In this document: piece by piece, positions 25,721 to 35,661 of the stretch
Numbering within the stretch: position 1 is the stretch's first letter
Layout: every line of letters begins with the position of its first letter
DNA from: a virus
Direction: 5' to 3' (one strand)
IMG/VR virus record: IMGVR_UViG_3300042898_002521
Location: 1-64,000 of that record
DNA length: 64,000 bases
Notes under the pieces: model-generated
Seen by the model: only the letters and a program-made list of their open reading frames with translations
Database searches by the model: none
Told to the model about the DNA's origin: nothing
Made by a program: the position numbers and the translations under genes

Positions 25721-26193
25721 TATTGGTATTCCTTAGGATAAACTTCTTTAACTTTTTTCAAGTGTTCTTCATGGGCTTGAATAAACTTCTTTGGGTCCAT
25801 ATCAACTGGGCCCATAACGTTGGGGTCAGGGTGACTAATGTTAGTAACGTCTAATGTTCCGTGCTTAGCATGGGTATGGTCAATATAAATGCCGCCACTC
25901 CATGTTGATTTCCAAGGGCCACTTGAATGCTCAACATAAGGTGAGTTATCTTCATCAGTTTTAACCATATGAGGTGGAAACGATCTCATTTTGTACAAAT
26001 TATGCGCATCTACAGCGGCTCTAAACCCGCCCTTTTCCCCCGTCATTGCCATTTCTAAACCTTCAAACAAGTGTTCACCAATGGCACGCCCCTGCATTTC
26101 ACGAGATTCACGTTGACTAATGCCAAAATCTTCAGGGTTAAGATTAGGAGTACGGCGTGGGTCAGACCCTTTATCTGAAGGGGTTTCGTTCAT
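25720..26193 (-). CDS. hypothetical protein with N-terminal TPSDKGSDPRR motif
   Basis: start re-assigned to MNETP (26193), GGAG RBS. Confidence 0.7.
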   Translation of the reverse strand: MNETPSDKGSDPRRTPNLNPEDFGISQRESREMQGRAIGEHLFEGLEMAMTGEKGGFRAAVDAHNLYKMRSFPPHMVKTDEDNSPYVEHSSGPWKSTWSGGIYIDHTHAKHGTLDVTNISHPDPNVMGPVDMDPKKFIQAHEEHLKKVKEVYPKEYQ

Positions 26194-26194
26194 G

Positions 26195-26734
26195 TTATCT
26201 CCAGCTTGGGCGCATGTTACGAAGCTGGGATGCCCGCTTTTGGTCAATGTTGTAGGGGGAATCGCTACGTACGTCAGGGCCAGCCTTGCCATCATTTGGA
26301 AGGTGAGGGGCTGGAACAAGTTTTTGGTTCTCAACGTGACGAGGCACCATGTAGGTACTGCCATCAAACTTAGCTTTCATTTGACGCTTAACCCCACGGG
26401 CTGGGTCTAATTCAGTTGGGTAGTAGTAATCAGACGGGTCAATGCGCTCACCACGGTGAACGCCTCTTTGATAACCGCGCTGACCGAGGCGTTGCTTCAT
26501 GCTATTCAGAACTGTGTCTGAAGTGCTAGAAGGACGACCTCGGTCATCACGGCGGGAACGAATAGTTCCTAAATAGCCATCAGGGTATTCAGCAGATGGA
26601 ACCCTACCTACACCAAGGCGCAAGAAATCAAGCTCTCCGCGAGCTACGGGTACGCCACCGCCACCATATGTGGTGTTAGTGCCGTATAGACCGTTGGCGC
26701 CTAGATTTTGAATGTTCTGGTGGGCTTGAGGCAT
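26195..26734 (-). CDS. hypothetical protein
   Basis: ORF track; leaderless TAAAAT-N5-ATG. Confidence 0.75.
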   Translation of the reverse strand: MPQAHQNIQNLGANGLYGTNTTYGGGGVPVARGELDFLRLGVGRVPSAEYPDGYLGTIRSRRDDRGRPSSTSDTVLNSMKQRLGQRGYQRGVHRGERIDPSDYYYPTELDPARGVKRQMKAKFDGSTYMVPRHVENQKLVPAPHLPNDGKAGPDVRSDSPYNIDQKRASQLRNMRPSWR

Positions 26735-26754
26735 ACCCTAATTTTACGGGTAAA

Positions 26755-27783
26755 TTACCTTGCTGTTGACCTAAACTCAGTACCTGCGTAAACTGCCCAG
26801 CCATCCATGATATGAATATTTTCAATACTAAAATCGTTGGCACCTTTAAAGTCGCCTGCTGATTTGTACCAAACTAGACCCATACCTTGTTGCCAGTCTT
26901 CGTACTGTAATACTGGGCGTTCATCAGCTTTAATCCCGCCTTTAACGGAAGGAACTGCGCCATCAATACGGCATAAGCAACCTGGGCTATACGCACCGTT
27001 TTGAACAGGACCTGCAAGTGTATCGTGAGTCTTGTAATGCAAATCCATGCGGTGTGAATGACCGTAAACAGTAGTGTACATAGGCTCTTTACTTACGTAC
27101 TTTGCCGCTGTAGAACCGTTAGAGTTGGCGGTCACGCCGTGGCGTGCTACAAGACGATCGTTAATCCAAAACTTATCTGCTGGATACCCGTCTACATAGG
27201 TTACGCCAATATCGTCAAACCTAAGCAAATGAGGAATACTCATAACGGGAGTATCACTACCAATTTGTTTCATACGTGAACTAGCCATTGCGTTTAAGCC
27301 CACGTATCTTACAAGACGGCAATCATGGTTTCCTTCAATAAACACAATTTCTGCGTCAGGGGAGATTGCTCTTTGACCAGCAATGTAATCATGACCAGCT
27401 TTTAAGGACTCATTAACAGTGTTAAAAAATGCATTTTCTTGAGCATACTTACCAAACATAGGTAGGTCAATAGTATCTCCAAGATTAATAATTTGATCAA
27501 TTCCGTATTCTTCTTCTAAAGTAGCCGTTACTTGCATGGCAACATTAATAGCATTTATATCGTGGAATGGGTCTAAAGAACCGTCTTCATAACGACGGTA
27601 TCCAATTTGGGTATCTGGCAATAGAACTGCCAATTTCCAATCGGTTTTGCCTTTTTTATTTTTAGTCTTTGTGGTTTTAGGCAATTTAGCGGCATTTACT
27701 GGTTTGAGAGTTGTTGACTCATCTACTTGTGGCTCGTTTAACGCAGCCATAATGATGTCGATAAACTCTATTGTGTTTGACAT
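26755..27783 (-). CDS. calcineurin-like metallophosphoesterase
   Basis: PDTQ, LGD, GNHD, HG, GHSH motifs. Confidence 0.85.
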   Translation of the reverse strand: MSNTIEFIDIIMAALNEPQVDESTTLKPVNAAKLPKTTKTKNKKGKTDWKLAVLLPDTQIGYRRYEDGSLDPFHDINAINVAMQVTATLEEEYGIDQIINLGDTIDLPMFGKYAQENAFFNTVNESLKAGHDYIAGQRAISPDAEIVFIEGNHDCRLVRYVGLNAMASSRMKQIGSDTPVMSIPHLLRFDDIGVTYVDGYPADKFWINDRLVARHGVTANSNGSTAAKYVSKEPMYTTVYGHSHRMDLHYKTHDTLAGPVQNGAYSPGCLCRIDGAVPSVKGGIKADERPVLQYEDWQQGMGLVWYKSAGDFKGANDFSIENIHIMDGWAVYAGTEFRSTAR

Positions 27784-28004
27784 TTACAGTCCCCTCGCAC
27801 ATGCGATTTAAAAGTGGTTGATTTGAATGGAAGGTCGGTTAAGGTAGTCATAGAACGGTATAAATTAGCTACATTGATTGATTTTTTTTGCATTAATAAA
27901 GCAAAACCTTCTTGGTCTGATTTACTTTGTTGATGTAACCAAGCGCCAAAACTACACTTAGCATCTGCATCATTTAAATGCTGTTTAATAATTTCACTAA
28001 ACAC
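27768..28004 (-). CDS. hypothetical protein
   Basis: ORF track; AGGAGG RBS. Confidence 0.65.
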   Translation of the reverse strand: MFSEIIKQHLNDADAKCSFGAWLHQQSKSDQEGFALLMQKKSINVANLYRSMTTLTDLPFKSTTFKSHVRGDCKCQTQ

Positions 28005-28129
28005 GATTCCTCCTTGGAATTTCGTTGCCCATTCAGACTAGCATACACATAAATCTAAAAACAACAAAACCCCAACTGAAAATTCAGTTGGGGCGTGTCG
28101 AAAGTCCACCGTAGTCCACGGTAGTCTAT

Positions 28130-28459
28130 TTAGTTAGTGCTGTACATTCCTGCAAGGAAATTAGGTGCGCTTCGGTTGATAGCATGCTGGAACAAACGTC
28201 CGTTAGCCTGCGTCATACCAGCTTCTGGAGCAGTGTGAGCTTCAAAGCCGACCTGTATGCCGTAGCATGCGCCACAACGCTCTTTTGGAGCAAATACATA
28301 GGCAGGACCTGCTGGAGACAAAGCTGGGTTTACAGATTTGCTGTGTCCCTTAGGCATTAGCATTGTGTTCTTTGATGGCGCACCTGATGCGTTCACAACA
28401 GCGCCAGCGCCCATAGGGGCTGAACCGTCTGCTGGAACAGGGGCAATATTTTTAGCCAT
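28130..28459 (-). CDS. hypothetical Ala/Pro-rich protein
   Basis: ORF track; followed by hairpin near 28070-28094. Confidence 0.7.
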   Translation of the reverse strand: MAKNIAPVPADGSAPMGAGAVVNASGAPSKNTMLMPKGHSKSVNPALSPAGPAYVFAPKERCGACYGIQVGFEAHTAPEAGMTQANGRLFQHAINRSAPNFLAGMYSTN

Positions 28460-28524
28460 TTAAACCTCTTTAAGAGTGGGATATCCTTATTAAAGGATAA
28501 AGGGGTTTTCTTTAATAGTCAGGC

Positions 28525-28803
28525 TTAATCAGAAGTGATTGTAAAAACAATAGCTGAAATATCGCCATCATGACTTGTAATAGTGGAAAACCCTGGAATG
28601 CACTTAAGGTCTAAACCTCTAGGAGCTGTGTAACCGCGTGCAATGGCAATAGCTTTAACAGCCTGGTTAACCGCGCCTGCGCCAACGGCACGAAGCTTGC
28701 AAGAATGATTTTCATAAATACTGTGGGCAATAGCCGCAGCCACTGACTGGGGGTTAGACCCAGCGCCAACTTTTAAAATTTGCTCGTCTTGTATTTCAGA
28801 CAT
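28525..28803 (-). CDS. spoVS: SpoVS family protein (Alba-like fold)
   Basis: LKVGAGSNPQSVAAAIA..RAVGAGAVNQAVKAIAIARGY..PGF is the SpoVS signature. Confidence 0.9.
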   Translation of the reverse strand: MSEIQDEQILKVGAGSNPQSVAAAIAHSIYENHSCKLRAVGAGAVNQAVKAIAIARGYTAPRGLDLKCIPGFSTITSHDGDISAIVFTITSD

Positions 28804-28861
28804 TTTGTACCTCGTATTGTAATAGTGTTTTTATCAATTATGAGGTATTACACCCGCATTT

Positions 28862-29404
28862 TCAGGGTGAAGTTAACTTATCGTACACTTCTTTTTCATA
28901 TTCAAAATCATGCTTATTCATTACAATACGAGCTAATCCATAGGAATCTGCTGCGTTATCGTCAGTAAAATCAACATCCCATTTTTTGTAAACCGCTAGT
29001 AACATCTGGCTTTTACTTATTCCTGTGCCTTTTCCAGTCACGTATTTCTTTAGGCTAGTTGGAGGTACCACTAAAGGGAACCGCGCTTGGGGAACCGCTG
29101 GGTACAAGTCATACATTAGTAACCTAAGCATTCCACCTAATTCACCTGCCATGTTAGCCATCTGTGATCCAAATGCATAGCCTTCCATGCAAGTTTTTTG
29201 CACATCATAACTAGATAAAAAATCTTCAGTATAGTTACGCAAGTTTGAAAGTCTTTCTACACCAGTTCCCTCTGGCTTATACACCTCAGTGTAATAGTTA
29301 AGATTTTTATCAATAGCGGTTATAGCAAACCCGCTATACGACTGGTCAATACCTACGGCTACTGCTCCTCGCAGGTTTGGCTTACCAAAAATTTTCTTAG
29401 CCAC
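28862..29404 (-). CDS. ruvC: RuvC-like Holliday junction resolvase
   Basis: GIDQS, MEG, PTSLKKYVTGKG..SK, DNAADS. Confidence 0.8.
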   Translation of the reverse strand: MAKKIFGKPNLRGAVAVGIDQSYSGFAITAIDKNLNYYTEVYKPEGTGVERLSNLRNYTEDFLSSYDVQKTCMEGYAFGSQMANMAGELGGMLRLLMYDLYPAVPQARFPLVVPPTSLKKYVTGKGTGISKSQMLLAVYKKWDVDFTDDNAADSYGLARIVMNKHDFEYEKEVYDKLTSP

Positions 29405-29529
29405 TACTTTTTGTGCTTTTCTTTAATGTGAGCTATAAGGTCTAGAACCTCAACAAACGTGGACTCACAATAAGAACAACGGTGTTCTTGGTTATACATT
29501 CGCATCATATCCTCAGTTTTATTGCACAT
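29404..29529 (-). CDS. 41-aa C2H2 zinc-finger peptide
   Basis: manual ORF: CSYC-ESTFVEVLDLIA-HIKEKH; coupled at both ends. Confidence 0.6.
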   Translation of the reverse strand: MCNKTEDMMRMYNQEHRCSYCESTFVEVLDLIAHIKEKHKK

Positions 29530-30017
29530 TAGGTTGTAAACTTACTGGCTCTGTTAGTAAAGCTGGAAGATGTGCGGCGAGTAAGATCACGGCTAATAAA
29601 CGCACAGTCGCGTTCTACGTTAGCGTGCATCATTTCCATACCTTTGCGGTACGCATTGGCCTCTGTGTGTGCTTGAGCTAGTTTAAATACGTTAGGATCA
29701 GCCATAACTTTAGCCTTAATAGCTGAGACAGTCATTTTAGGTTGAGTATAGTCTTCCATGGCAGAAGCCTCAGCGTAGTCCAACCGTTTCTTAGCGTTGA
29801 CTTCATCAATTTGTGCGCACGCCATTTGAGCAGTAATAAAAGACAAGAAAGCGTTGTATTCTTGAAATAGTCTCATAGCACCCAAATCATCTAAGTCTGT
29901 AATATCAGACGGCATTATTGGGTTGATACCAGTAAACTCTGAATCAAAAGTAAATCCTTGAGCACGAATTGTATCAATAGTACGTTGGCTTTCCTCAGCC
30001 CTAAGTTTAATTGACAT
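29529..30017 (-). CDS. coiled-coil protein, possible recombination mediator
   Basis: start re-assigned to MSIKL; located in the recombination cluster. Confidence 0.6.
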   Translation of the reverse strand: MSIKLRAEESQRTIDTIRAQGFTFDSEFTGINPIMPSDITDLDDLGAMRLFQEYNAFLSFITAQMACAQIDEVNAKKRLDYAEASAMEDYTQPKMTVSAIKAKVMADPNVFKLAQAHTEANAYRKGMEMMHANVERDCAFISRDLTRRTSSSFTNRASKFTT

Positions 30018-30882
30018 TAAACACCTCACATTTAGAACAGCTACCTGTTGGAGATATATTACACCCAGGAGGCTGTTGTTTGTCAATTGCAGCCATAATC
30101 ATGGTAGCGGCTTCAAACAAAGGTGTTACCCCAAAATCACTTTTAGGAATAATAAATTCTTTAACTTCTTGATTAGGTTTAGCTTCGTAAATAAATACAG
30201 CTTCTTTAGGGTAGTTAGTTGGGTCCATAAGTTCCAGTAGTTTCATGTAAACCTGAGCTTGCATGATATGAGTATAAAACGGAGACTTTAAATTAGACCA
30301 TGCTTTTTTAAAATCTTCTCCCTGTTCTTGCCAACCCATTCGGTCTTCCCAAGCAAATGTACCTTCACCTACGGACTTAATCTCAAGCAATAAGTCATCC
30401 CCAAAATCTTTAAGCCAACCGTCAGCATGACCTGAGATACCATGCGCTGGACTGGACACAGGAACTTCGTTGTATACCACTGGCCCACAACCGTCAATGT
30501 GAGGTTCCATTTCAGCCGATAAGCCCCACTCTTTAAGTCCGCAATTTAAACATTTCCATTGACCATACAGCTTACCCATATCTCTAAACCAGTTTTGCCA
30601 ACGAGCATGGATGCGATGACCCTCTTCAAAAGTAAGATGAGTCTTCATGCTGGAACGGTATTTAGGAGGAGCAGGCTCCGCGCCCTGTAAGTGGTAGTAC
30701 TCAGCTCGGTGGCACCAGTCAGGCTTAATCATAGCCGAAGGGTGAATTACATCAGTAGCACGGCTCTTGTCAGCTGGTCGTGCAAGAATCCAACGCTCTA
30801 CAGAACCAACAACTCTAGTTTGTTTTTTCCCAACGTCTACCAATTTTTTAAGAGTACCTAATGGGCGGGTGATTTGGGTCAT
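30007..30882 (-). CDS. Cas4-like PD-(D/E)XK exonuclease
   Basis: HPS..C, GHADG, LEIKS, QAQVY, C-terminal Cys cluster. Confidence 0.8.
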   Translation of the reverse strand: MTQITRPLGTLKKLVDVGKKQTRVVGSVERWILARPADKSRATDVIHPSAMIKPDWCHRAEYYHLQGAEPAPPKYRSSMKTHLTFEEGHRIHARWQNWFRDMGKLYGQWKCLNCGLKEWGLSAEMEPHIDGCGPVVYNEVPVSSPAHGISGHADGWLKDFGDDLLLEIKSVGEGTFAWEDRMGWQEQGEDFKKAWSNLKSPFYTHIMQAQVYMKLLELMDPTNYPKEAVFIYEAKPNQEVKEFIIPKSDFGVTPLFEAATMIMAAIDKQQPPGCNISPTGSCSKCEVFNVN

Positions 30883-31099
30883 GTGGGTCCTTCTTATTTG
30901 GTTTATGGTAGTCATTGCAAGAATGCCAATCGTACTTAGTTACATTCTTACCACACATTGGACAAGAAATCCAACCTTTGCGTGGAGAGTCTGTAGCTTT
31001 GCGTTGATAATCTGTATTTGATTTTGCAACTATGCATTTGTGCGTCTCTCCACGCCACCATACACTACAGTCAGGACATTTAAAAGGATCATACGTCAT
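30848..31099 (-). CDS. small zinc-finger protein
   Basis: CPDC...CPMC. Confidence 0.6.
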   Translation of the reverse strand: MTYDPFKCPDCSVWWRGETHKCIVAKSNTDYQRKATDSPRKGWISCPMCGKNVTKYDWHSCNDYHKPNKKDPHDPNHPPIRYS

Positions 31100-31419
31100 T
31101 TTTTTTTACCACTTTCTACCCAGTCTTTCAGGGTCACTCCGTTACGTTCAGCTTTGCGTTTTAACGCATTTCTTTCTCTATGGCTTAGCCCACCCCAAAT
31201 ACCATACTGCTCGTTCATAGTTTCTGAGTACATCAAACACTCTTTACGAACAGGGCATTCAGGACGACCGTCTCTACCAAAGCATATTCCTTTAGAAACA
31301 TCAGCAATAGATTTGTAAAGTTCTTTTTCTCTGGGTGGAAACCATAGCTCCGTATCCATACCTTTACATTTAGCGTCTGCGCGCCAGTTCTCTACGTCTA
31401 AGGGGTCTCGCACGAACAC
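31096..31419 (-). CDS. whiB: WhiB-family transcription factor
   Basis: WRADAKC..D.ELWFP...C..CPVRKECL...YGIWGGLS.RER. Confidence 0.9.
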   Translation of the reverse strand: MFVRDPLDVENWRADAKCKGMDTELWFPPREKELYKSIADVSKGICFGRDGRPECPVRKECLMYSETMNEQYGIWGGLSHRERNALKRKAERNGVTLKDWVESGKKK

Positions 31420-31730
31420 TCCTGGAGCTTTTGGCGAAGCTCCAGGAAATCGTTTTCATCTAACATGACATAGTTCTCGCCATTAAGATGGAAACCTAGG
31501 ACAGGCATCCTACCGTCAAGGATAGCTTCCTTAACAATTTTTTCCAGGACCCCCGCTTTAACGGTTACCTGTTGCTTGCCTGTCCACTTATGTTCTATAA
31601 GTAGGTCGCGAGACCTGACATCACCTTTGCGGCTCCAAAAAGCTCCACTGGCAGCTACGGTACTACCGCCAACTGCTTTAGCTAGTCTGTTCTCGTGCTT
31701 CTTAGACTGCTTTTGCCCTTCAGAGCGCAC
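31398..31730 (-). CDS. PD-(D/E)XK Holliday-junction-resolvase-like nuclease
   Basis: SGA...KGDV...LIEHK. Confidence 0.7.
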   Translation of the reverse strand: MRSEGQKQSKKHENRLAKAVGGSTVAASGAFWSRKGDVRSRDLLIEHKWTGKQQVTVKAGVLEKIVKEAILDGRMPVLGFHLNGENYVMLDENDFLELRQKLQECSCETP

Positions 31731-32778
31731 CAGCCACCTCGTAAGTTGCACTAGCTTCTGGACGTACGATTCTTCGTACGTCTCGTTCTAGAGCTTCTTT
31801 GAGGTCAACCTCTTCCCTAATAGAGTTTACCACAGCATCTCCGCCTAGCCATTTTCGATCTCCGTAGCTGTAATAAGCGCCTGCACGAGTAATTATCTTG
31901 TAAATAATGCCCAAGGCTACAATCTCTTTTGCAAAGTCAAAATCACCTGCGTAACAGTTACCACCGTCACTGAAGTAAAAATCTACGTACGCTACCTGTG
32001 CTGGTGGGGCTGACTTATTCTTTATGGTGCGTACCTTGATAGTTTGACCTACCTTACGCTTCTCCTGTCCTGTACCAGCCTCAATCCACTCATCACGCTT
32101 TACTTCAAGACGAGTAAAGAACGCGTAGTTCTTAGCCTCTCCACCTGGGGTGGTACGAGGATCACCGTACATAACGCCAATCTTCATGCGGTACTGGTTA
32201 ATGATAATGCCAATGAATGGTCTTTCTGATTCTACAAGGGAACGACGTGATGCCTTACCTACCTTGCGGAAAAACTTACCTGTAAGCAGTGCACCGCGAC
32301 CAACGGTTGCTTCGTCCATGTTCTTGTCATCTTCTGCTATTGGTACAAGAGCAGGTAACGAGTCAATAACTACGCAGTCAATGGCTTTGGTCTCTACTAA
32401 TTCAATAACTGCTTCGTAGGCTTCTTCCATAATGTTAGTAGCAACTACGTACACGCGAGATAAATCTATGCCACACATCTCTGCGTATTGTGGCACCCAA
32501 GTTTCAGCGGCTACCCAAACAGTAGTAAATTCTGGATCACGGGCTTGGTTGGCAGCAACAGTCTTAAGCGCAAGAGCTGTCTTACCGTTAGACGCTTCGC
32601 CTACGATCTCATGCCATTGATTAACAGGAAACCCGCCACCAAGAATCATGTCTACTGCAAGTGATCCTGTAGTCATACGACCTAGGACATCGTCTTTAAT
32701 GTCTGCTCCTAGGACAATCATTTCTGAACCAAACTTTTTGTTAAGTTTGGCAATTGCTTTGGCGAGGTCTAAGTCCAT
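31720..32778 (-). CDS. recA: RecA recombinase
   Basis: TGSLAVD..LGGGFP, GEASNGKT, VIDSL, INQYRMKIGVMYGDPRTTPGG. Confidence 0.93.
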   Translation of the reverse strand: MDLDLAKAIAKLNKKFGSEMIVLGADIKDDVLGRMTTGSLAVDMILGGGFPVNQWHEIVGEASNGKTALALKTVAANQARDPEFTTVWVAAETWVPQYAEMCGIDLSRVYVVATNIMEEAYEAVIELVETKAIDCVVIDSLPALVPIAEDDKNMDEATVGRGALLTGKFFRKVGKASRRSLVESERPFIGIIINQYRMKIGVMYGDPRTTPGGEAKNYAFFTRLEVKRDEWIEAGTGQEKRKVGQTIKVRTIKNKSAPPAQVAYVDFYFSDGGNCYAGDFDFAKEIVALGIIYKIITRAGAYYSYGDRKWLGGDAVVNSIREEVDLKEALERDVRRIVRPEASATYEVAGAL

Positions 32779-33161
32779 TATTCAATCTTTCCGATGATAG
32801 TTTGCGGGTTAAAATTATTAGCAGTACTAATTTGTCTAGCTGGAGTGGCTGGTCCCCCGCCACCTTGTTGAGAAACGCCTCTACCCATACCGCTACCTGA
32901 TTGAACTATAGGGTAGCCACAGTCGTAACACCTAGCTTTAGACTCAAGAGTTACCGATCCATAGTTTCCGCTACCGCAACCAGGGCACCTATTGGCTGTT
33001 CTAGCGCTCTGAGGCAGCGTAGAAGCCTCTTGAGGGGGCATATTAGGTTGGGGTACGGGATTGTAGGGAACTGGCGCTGGAGGCGTGTACGGAGGCGTAG
33101 GAGAAGGCCTACTTGTTGGAACTGGGGCACCTAGTTTGTCTGCCCACCAATTACCGCTCAT
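32778..33161 (-). CDS. Pro-rich zinc-ribbon protein
   Basis: CPGCGS...RCYDCGY; start MSGNWW. Confidence 0.7.
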   Translation of the reverse strand: MSGNWWADKLGAPVPTSRPSPTPPYTPPAPVPYNPVPQPNMPPQEASTLPQSARTANRCPGCGSGNYGSVTLESKARCYDCGYPIVQSGSGMGRGVSQQGGGGPATPARQISTANNFNPQTIIGKIE

Positions 33162-33615
33162 AGAAATCTCCCGATACAAATGACCCTGGGTTTACCAAGA
33201 TACCTAACTCTAAAGCAGCCGCAAGAGCTGGAATAAGAACTGCTGCTGACACCCGTGTGTAAATCTCAGCCATTAATTCCATGTCTTCTGCAAGGCTTGA
33301 GTCATCACCAATAACGCCATCTTCTTTTAACGTTGTAGTAAGGGTCTCCGCTAAAACTTGTCCGTTCATGGAAGCCATCATGTCAACAAAAGCTTTGTAA
33401 GGAATAACTTGAAGCAATCTGTCAAGGCTTTCTTTACGTTCCATCTCGTCACCCTCATCACTTACAGGGGTAAACCCAGCCGTTACTGCGTATTTATTAG
33501 GGTTATCAATACCACTATCGTACAAGAACCACCTGTAAAGAGTAGTTGCAGGAACGTCTGCGGTCTCAAACACATACTCAGGCTCGCTATTACGTTCCCA
33601 AAATTTCCAATTCAT
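33151..33615 (-). CDS. hypothetical protein
   Basis: ORF track, start MNWKF. Confidence 0.7.
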   Translation of the reverse strand: MNWKFWERNSEPEYVFETADVPATTLYRWFLYDSGIDNPNKYAVTAGFTPVSDEGDEMERKESLDRLLQVIPYKAFVDMMASMNGQVLAETLTTTLKEDGVIGDDSSLAEDMELMAEIYTRVSAAVLIPALAAALELGILVNPGSFVSGDFYER

Positions 33616-35591
33616 TTTGCTTCTCCCCAACGGTCTACTACTTTTATGTCAGCTACTATAGGCACAGATAACAAATCAATACCCTCCATAGCATCTCGGA
33701 TTGCTGACACCGTGTCATCAACCTTATCATTTGGAGTTAGTGTAACCAACTCGTCATGAACTGTAAGAAGGAGCCTAGCACCTTCTGGCAGCCTTTTGTA
33801 CGCACGCACCATAGCCAACTTAATAATGTCAGCGGCAGAGCCTTGAATGCGTGTATTAAAAGCCTGTCGCTCTGCGGCAGACCTTAAAAATGGGTCACTA
33901 GATAAAATGTCTGGAAGGTACCGTTTACGACCTAATACGGTAGTTACATAAGGAGGAGTGTTAGCTTTAGTTGCCCCAATAACTTTTATCCTATAAGAAC
34001 TTACGGATGAAAACTCTGCCCCAAACCTAGAAAGCAAATCGCGGGCCTCAGTAATAGAACACCCAATAGAACGAGAAATTTTATCTGGGCCTACTCCGTA
34101 TGCCATAGCGAGCACTAACACCTTACCTGCTTTACGATCCACTCCCATGGTGTCACCTACTGTTGTGTAGATATCCCCACCCCTTGAATAGTTTTCCATC
34201 ATAATAGGGTCTTTAGACATAGAGGCAATAACGCGGGGTTCAATCTGGGAGTAATCCGCCACTACAAGTTTGTATCCTTCGGGGGCAAAGAAAAGGTTTC
34301 TGATTGCCTTTCCGTGTGCTGTATGAGGTGCAGGAACGTTTTGAAGGTTAGGGTTACGACTGCTGAAACGACCAGTTTCCGCGCCGTGCTGTATGAAATC
34401 GCAATGAATCCTACCGCTAATAAGGAGCGAGTTTTTATGTTCACGTTTTTCCTTTCCTCCTGTAGTTCGAACTACTTCCCCACCTAAATAAGGCACTACA
34501 TAAGTAGTACTCAATTTGTTAAGATCAGCGTAGGTAAGCATAGCATCCACTAAAGGATCAGCTAACTTGTACGCTTCTAAAGCCTCGGCTGACACAGAGT
34601 AGTCTGAATAAGTAAGTTCCAAACCTTGTTCGGCCTTACGATTTCCAGCGGTAGTAAGAATTTTAGGCTTAAGCCCCCTACCGCCCTCGTCCTTAGAGCC
34701 GTACAACAATAATTGTTTTTCCTGGTTAGAGTTAATATTAAATGGGCGCTCAGCAATACGGAATATCTCTGCCCTGGCAGTTTCAATGTCAATTCGTAAT
34801 TGCGCATCAAGGGCCTCTAGTTCAACCACATCTATTGGAGCACCTTCAAGTTTCATAGCGCATAAAACTTTAAGCACGTCCATTTCTAAACTCATAATAA
34901 CGTCAAGCTCTGAGTCTTTAATTTTTGGAACTAAAGCTTTCCATAATAAGAAAGTATATTTAGCATCAAGAAAAGCATACTTGGCAACTTCGGTAAACGA
35001 ATACTTCTCTACCTCTTTACCTACACCTTTAACCATCTCGTAACCAAACTCACGCTTAAGGCAAGCGTCAAGCCCGCACTTGTTCTTGTTACGGTTATCA
35101 CTAATAAATGATGCAATCATAGTGTCAAAATATGGGCCTGTAGGAACTTCCCCTTTATAGTACTTTGCGATGGATGTCAAATCAAAGATTAGGTTATGAC
35201 CTACTGTAAGAAGGTTACTATTGAATAGAATAGGACGCAAAGCCTTAAACACTTCATTAGGGTACAGCTGGGCTGGTGGGGGACCAAACTTTTTAGTGGC
35301 TTTTTTCTTATCCCGTGAGTAATCACTAGGGCGAGCGGTAAGGCCTGCTTCTACGCGTTTCTCGCCTTGGCCTGTAAGTGGAAACACTTCCTCTACAAAA
35401 TCACCGTTAGGGTGTCCCATTGGAATTACATCGCACCGACCGTGAGTGGCAAAAGTAATCCATAAGACCTCGTTAATCGGAGTAACCCCACGATTATCGC
35501 CAACGGTTTCTACGTCAAATGCAAAAGCGTCTTGTGTTAAATAATGTGCGACCATGTCATTTAACTGGTCAAGTGTAGTAATAATATTCAT
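33612..35591 (-). CDS. polA: family A DNA polymerase with 3'-5' exonuclease
   Basis: FDVET ExoI; TGRFSSRNPNLQNVP; DYSQIE; ERQAFNTRIQGSAAD; VHDEL. Confidence 0.93.
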   Translation of the reverse strand: MNIITTLDQLNDMVAHYLTQDAFAFDVETVGDNRGVTPINEVLWITFATHGRCDVIPMGHPNGDFVEEVFPLTGQGEKRVEAGLTARPSDYSRDKKKATKKFGPPPAQLYPNEVFKALRPILFNSNLLTVGHNLIFDLTSIAKYYKGEVPTGPYFDTMIASFISDNRNKNKCGLDACLKREFGYEMVKGVGKEVEKYSFTEVAKYAFLDAKYTFLLWKALVPKIKDSELDVIMSLEMDVLKVLCAMKLEGAPIDVVELEALDAQLRIDIETARAEIFRIAERPFNINSNQEKQLLLYGSKDEGGRGLKPKILTTAGNRKAEQGLELTYSDYSVSAEALEAYKLADPLVDAMLTYADLNKLSTTYVVPYLGGEVVRTTGGKEKREHKNSLLISGRIHCDFIQHGAETGRFSSRNPNLQNVPAPHTAHGKAIRNLFFAPEGYKLVVADYSQIEPRVIASMSKDPIMMENYSRGGDIYTTVGDTMGVDRKAGKVLVLAMAYGVGPDKISRSIGCSITEARDLLSRFGAEFSSVSSYRIKVIGATKANTPPYVTTVLGRKRYLPDILSSDPFLRSAAERQAFNTRIQGSAADIIKLAMVRAYKRLPEGARLLLTVHDELVTLTPNDKVDDTVSAIRDAMEGIDLLSVPIVADIKVVDRWGEAK

Positions 35592-35607
35592 AGCATGCCC
35601 CTTAAGA

Positions 35608-35647
35608 GCCACTAGCGGTAGGAAAGGGGGTACCTACCGCTAGTGGC
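35608..35647 (-). terminator. hairpin between SSB-like gene and polA
   Basis: GCCACTAGCGGTAGG...CCTACCGCTAGTGGC. Confidence 0.55.
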
Positions 35648-35661
35648 AGTCTGTGTGTTAT

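Noticed and set aside
30007-30882. Cas4-like gene as evidence of a CRISPR system
   Set aside because: Stand-alone Cas4-like exonucleases are common in phage recombination clusters; no array or other cas genes seen.
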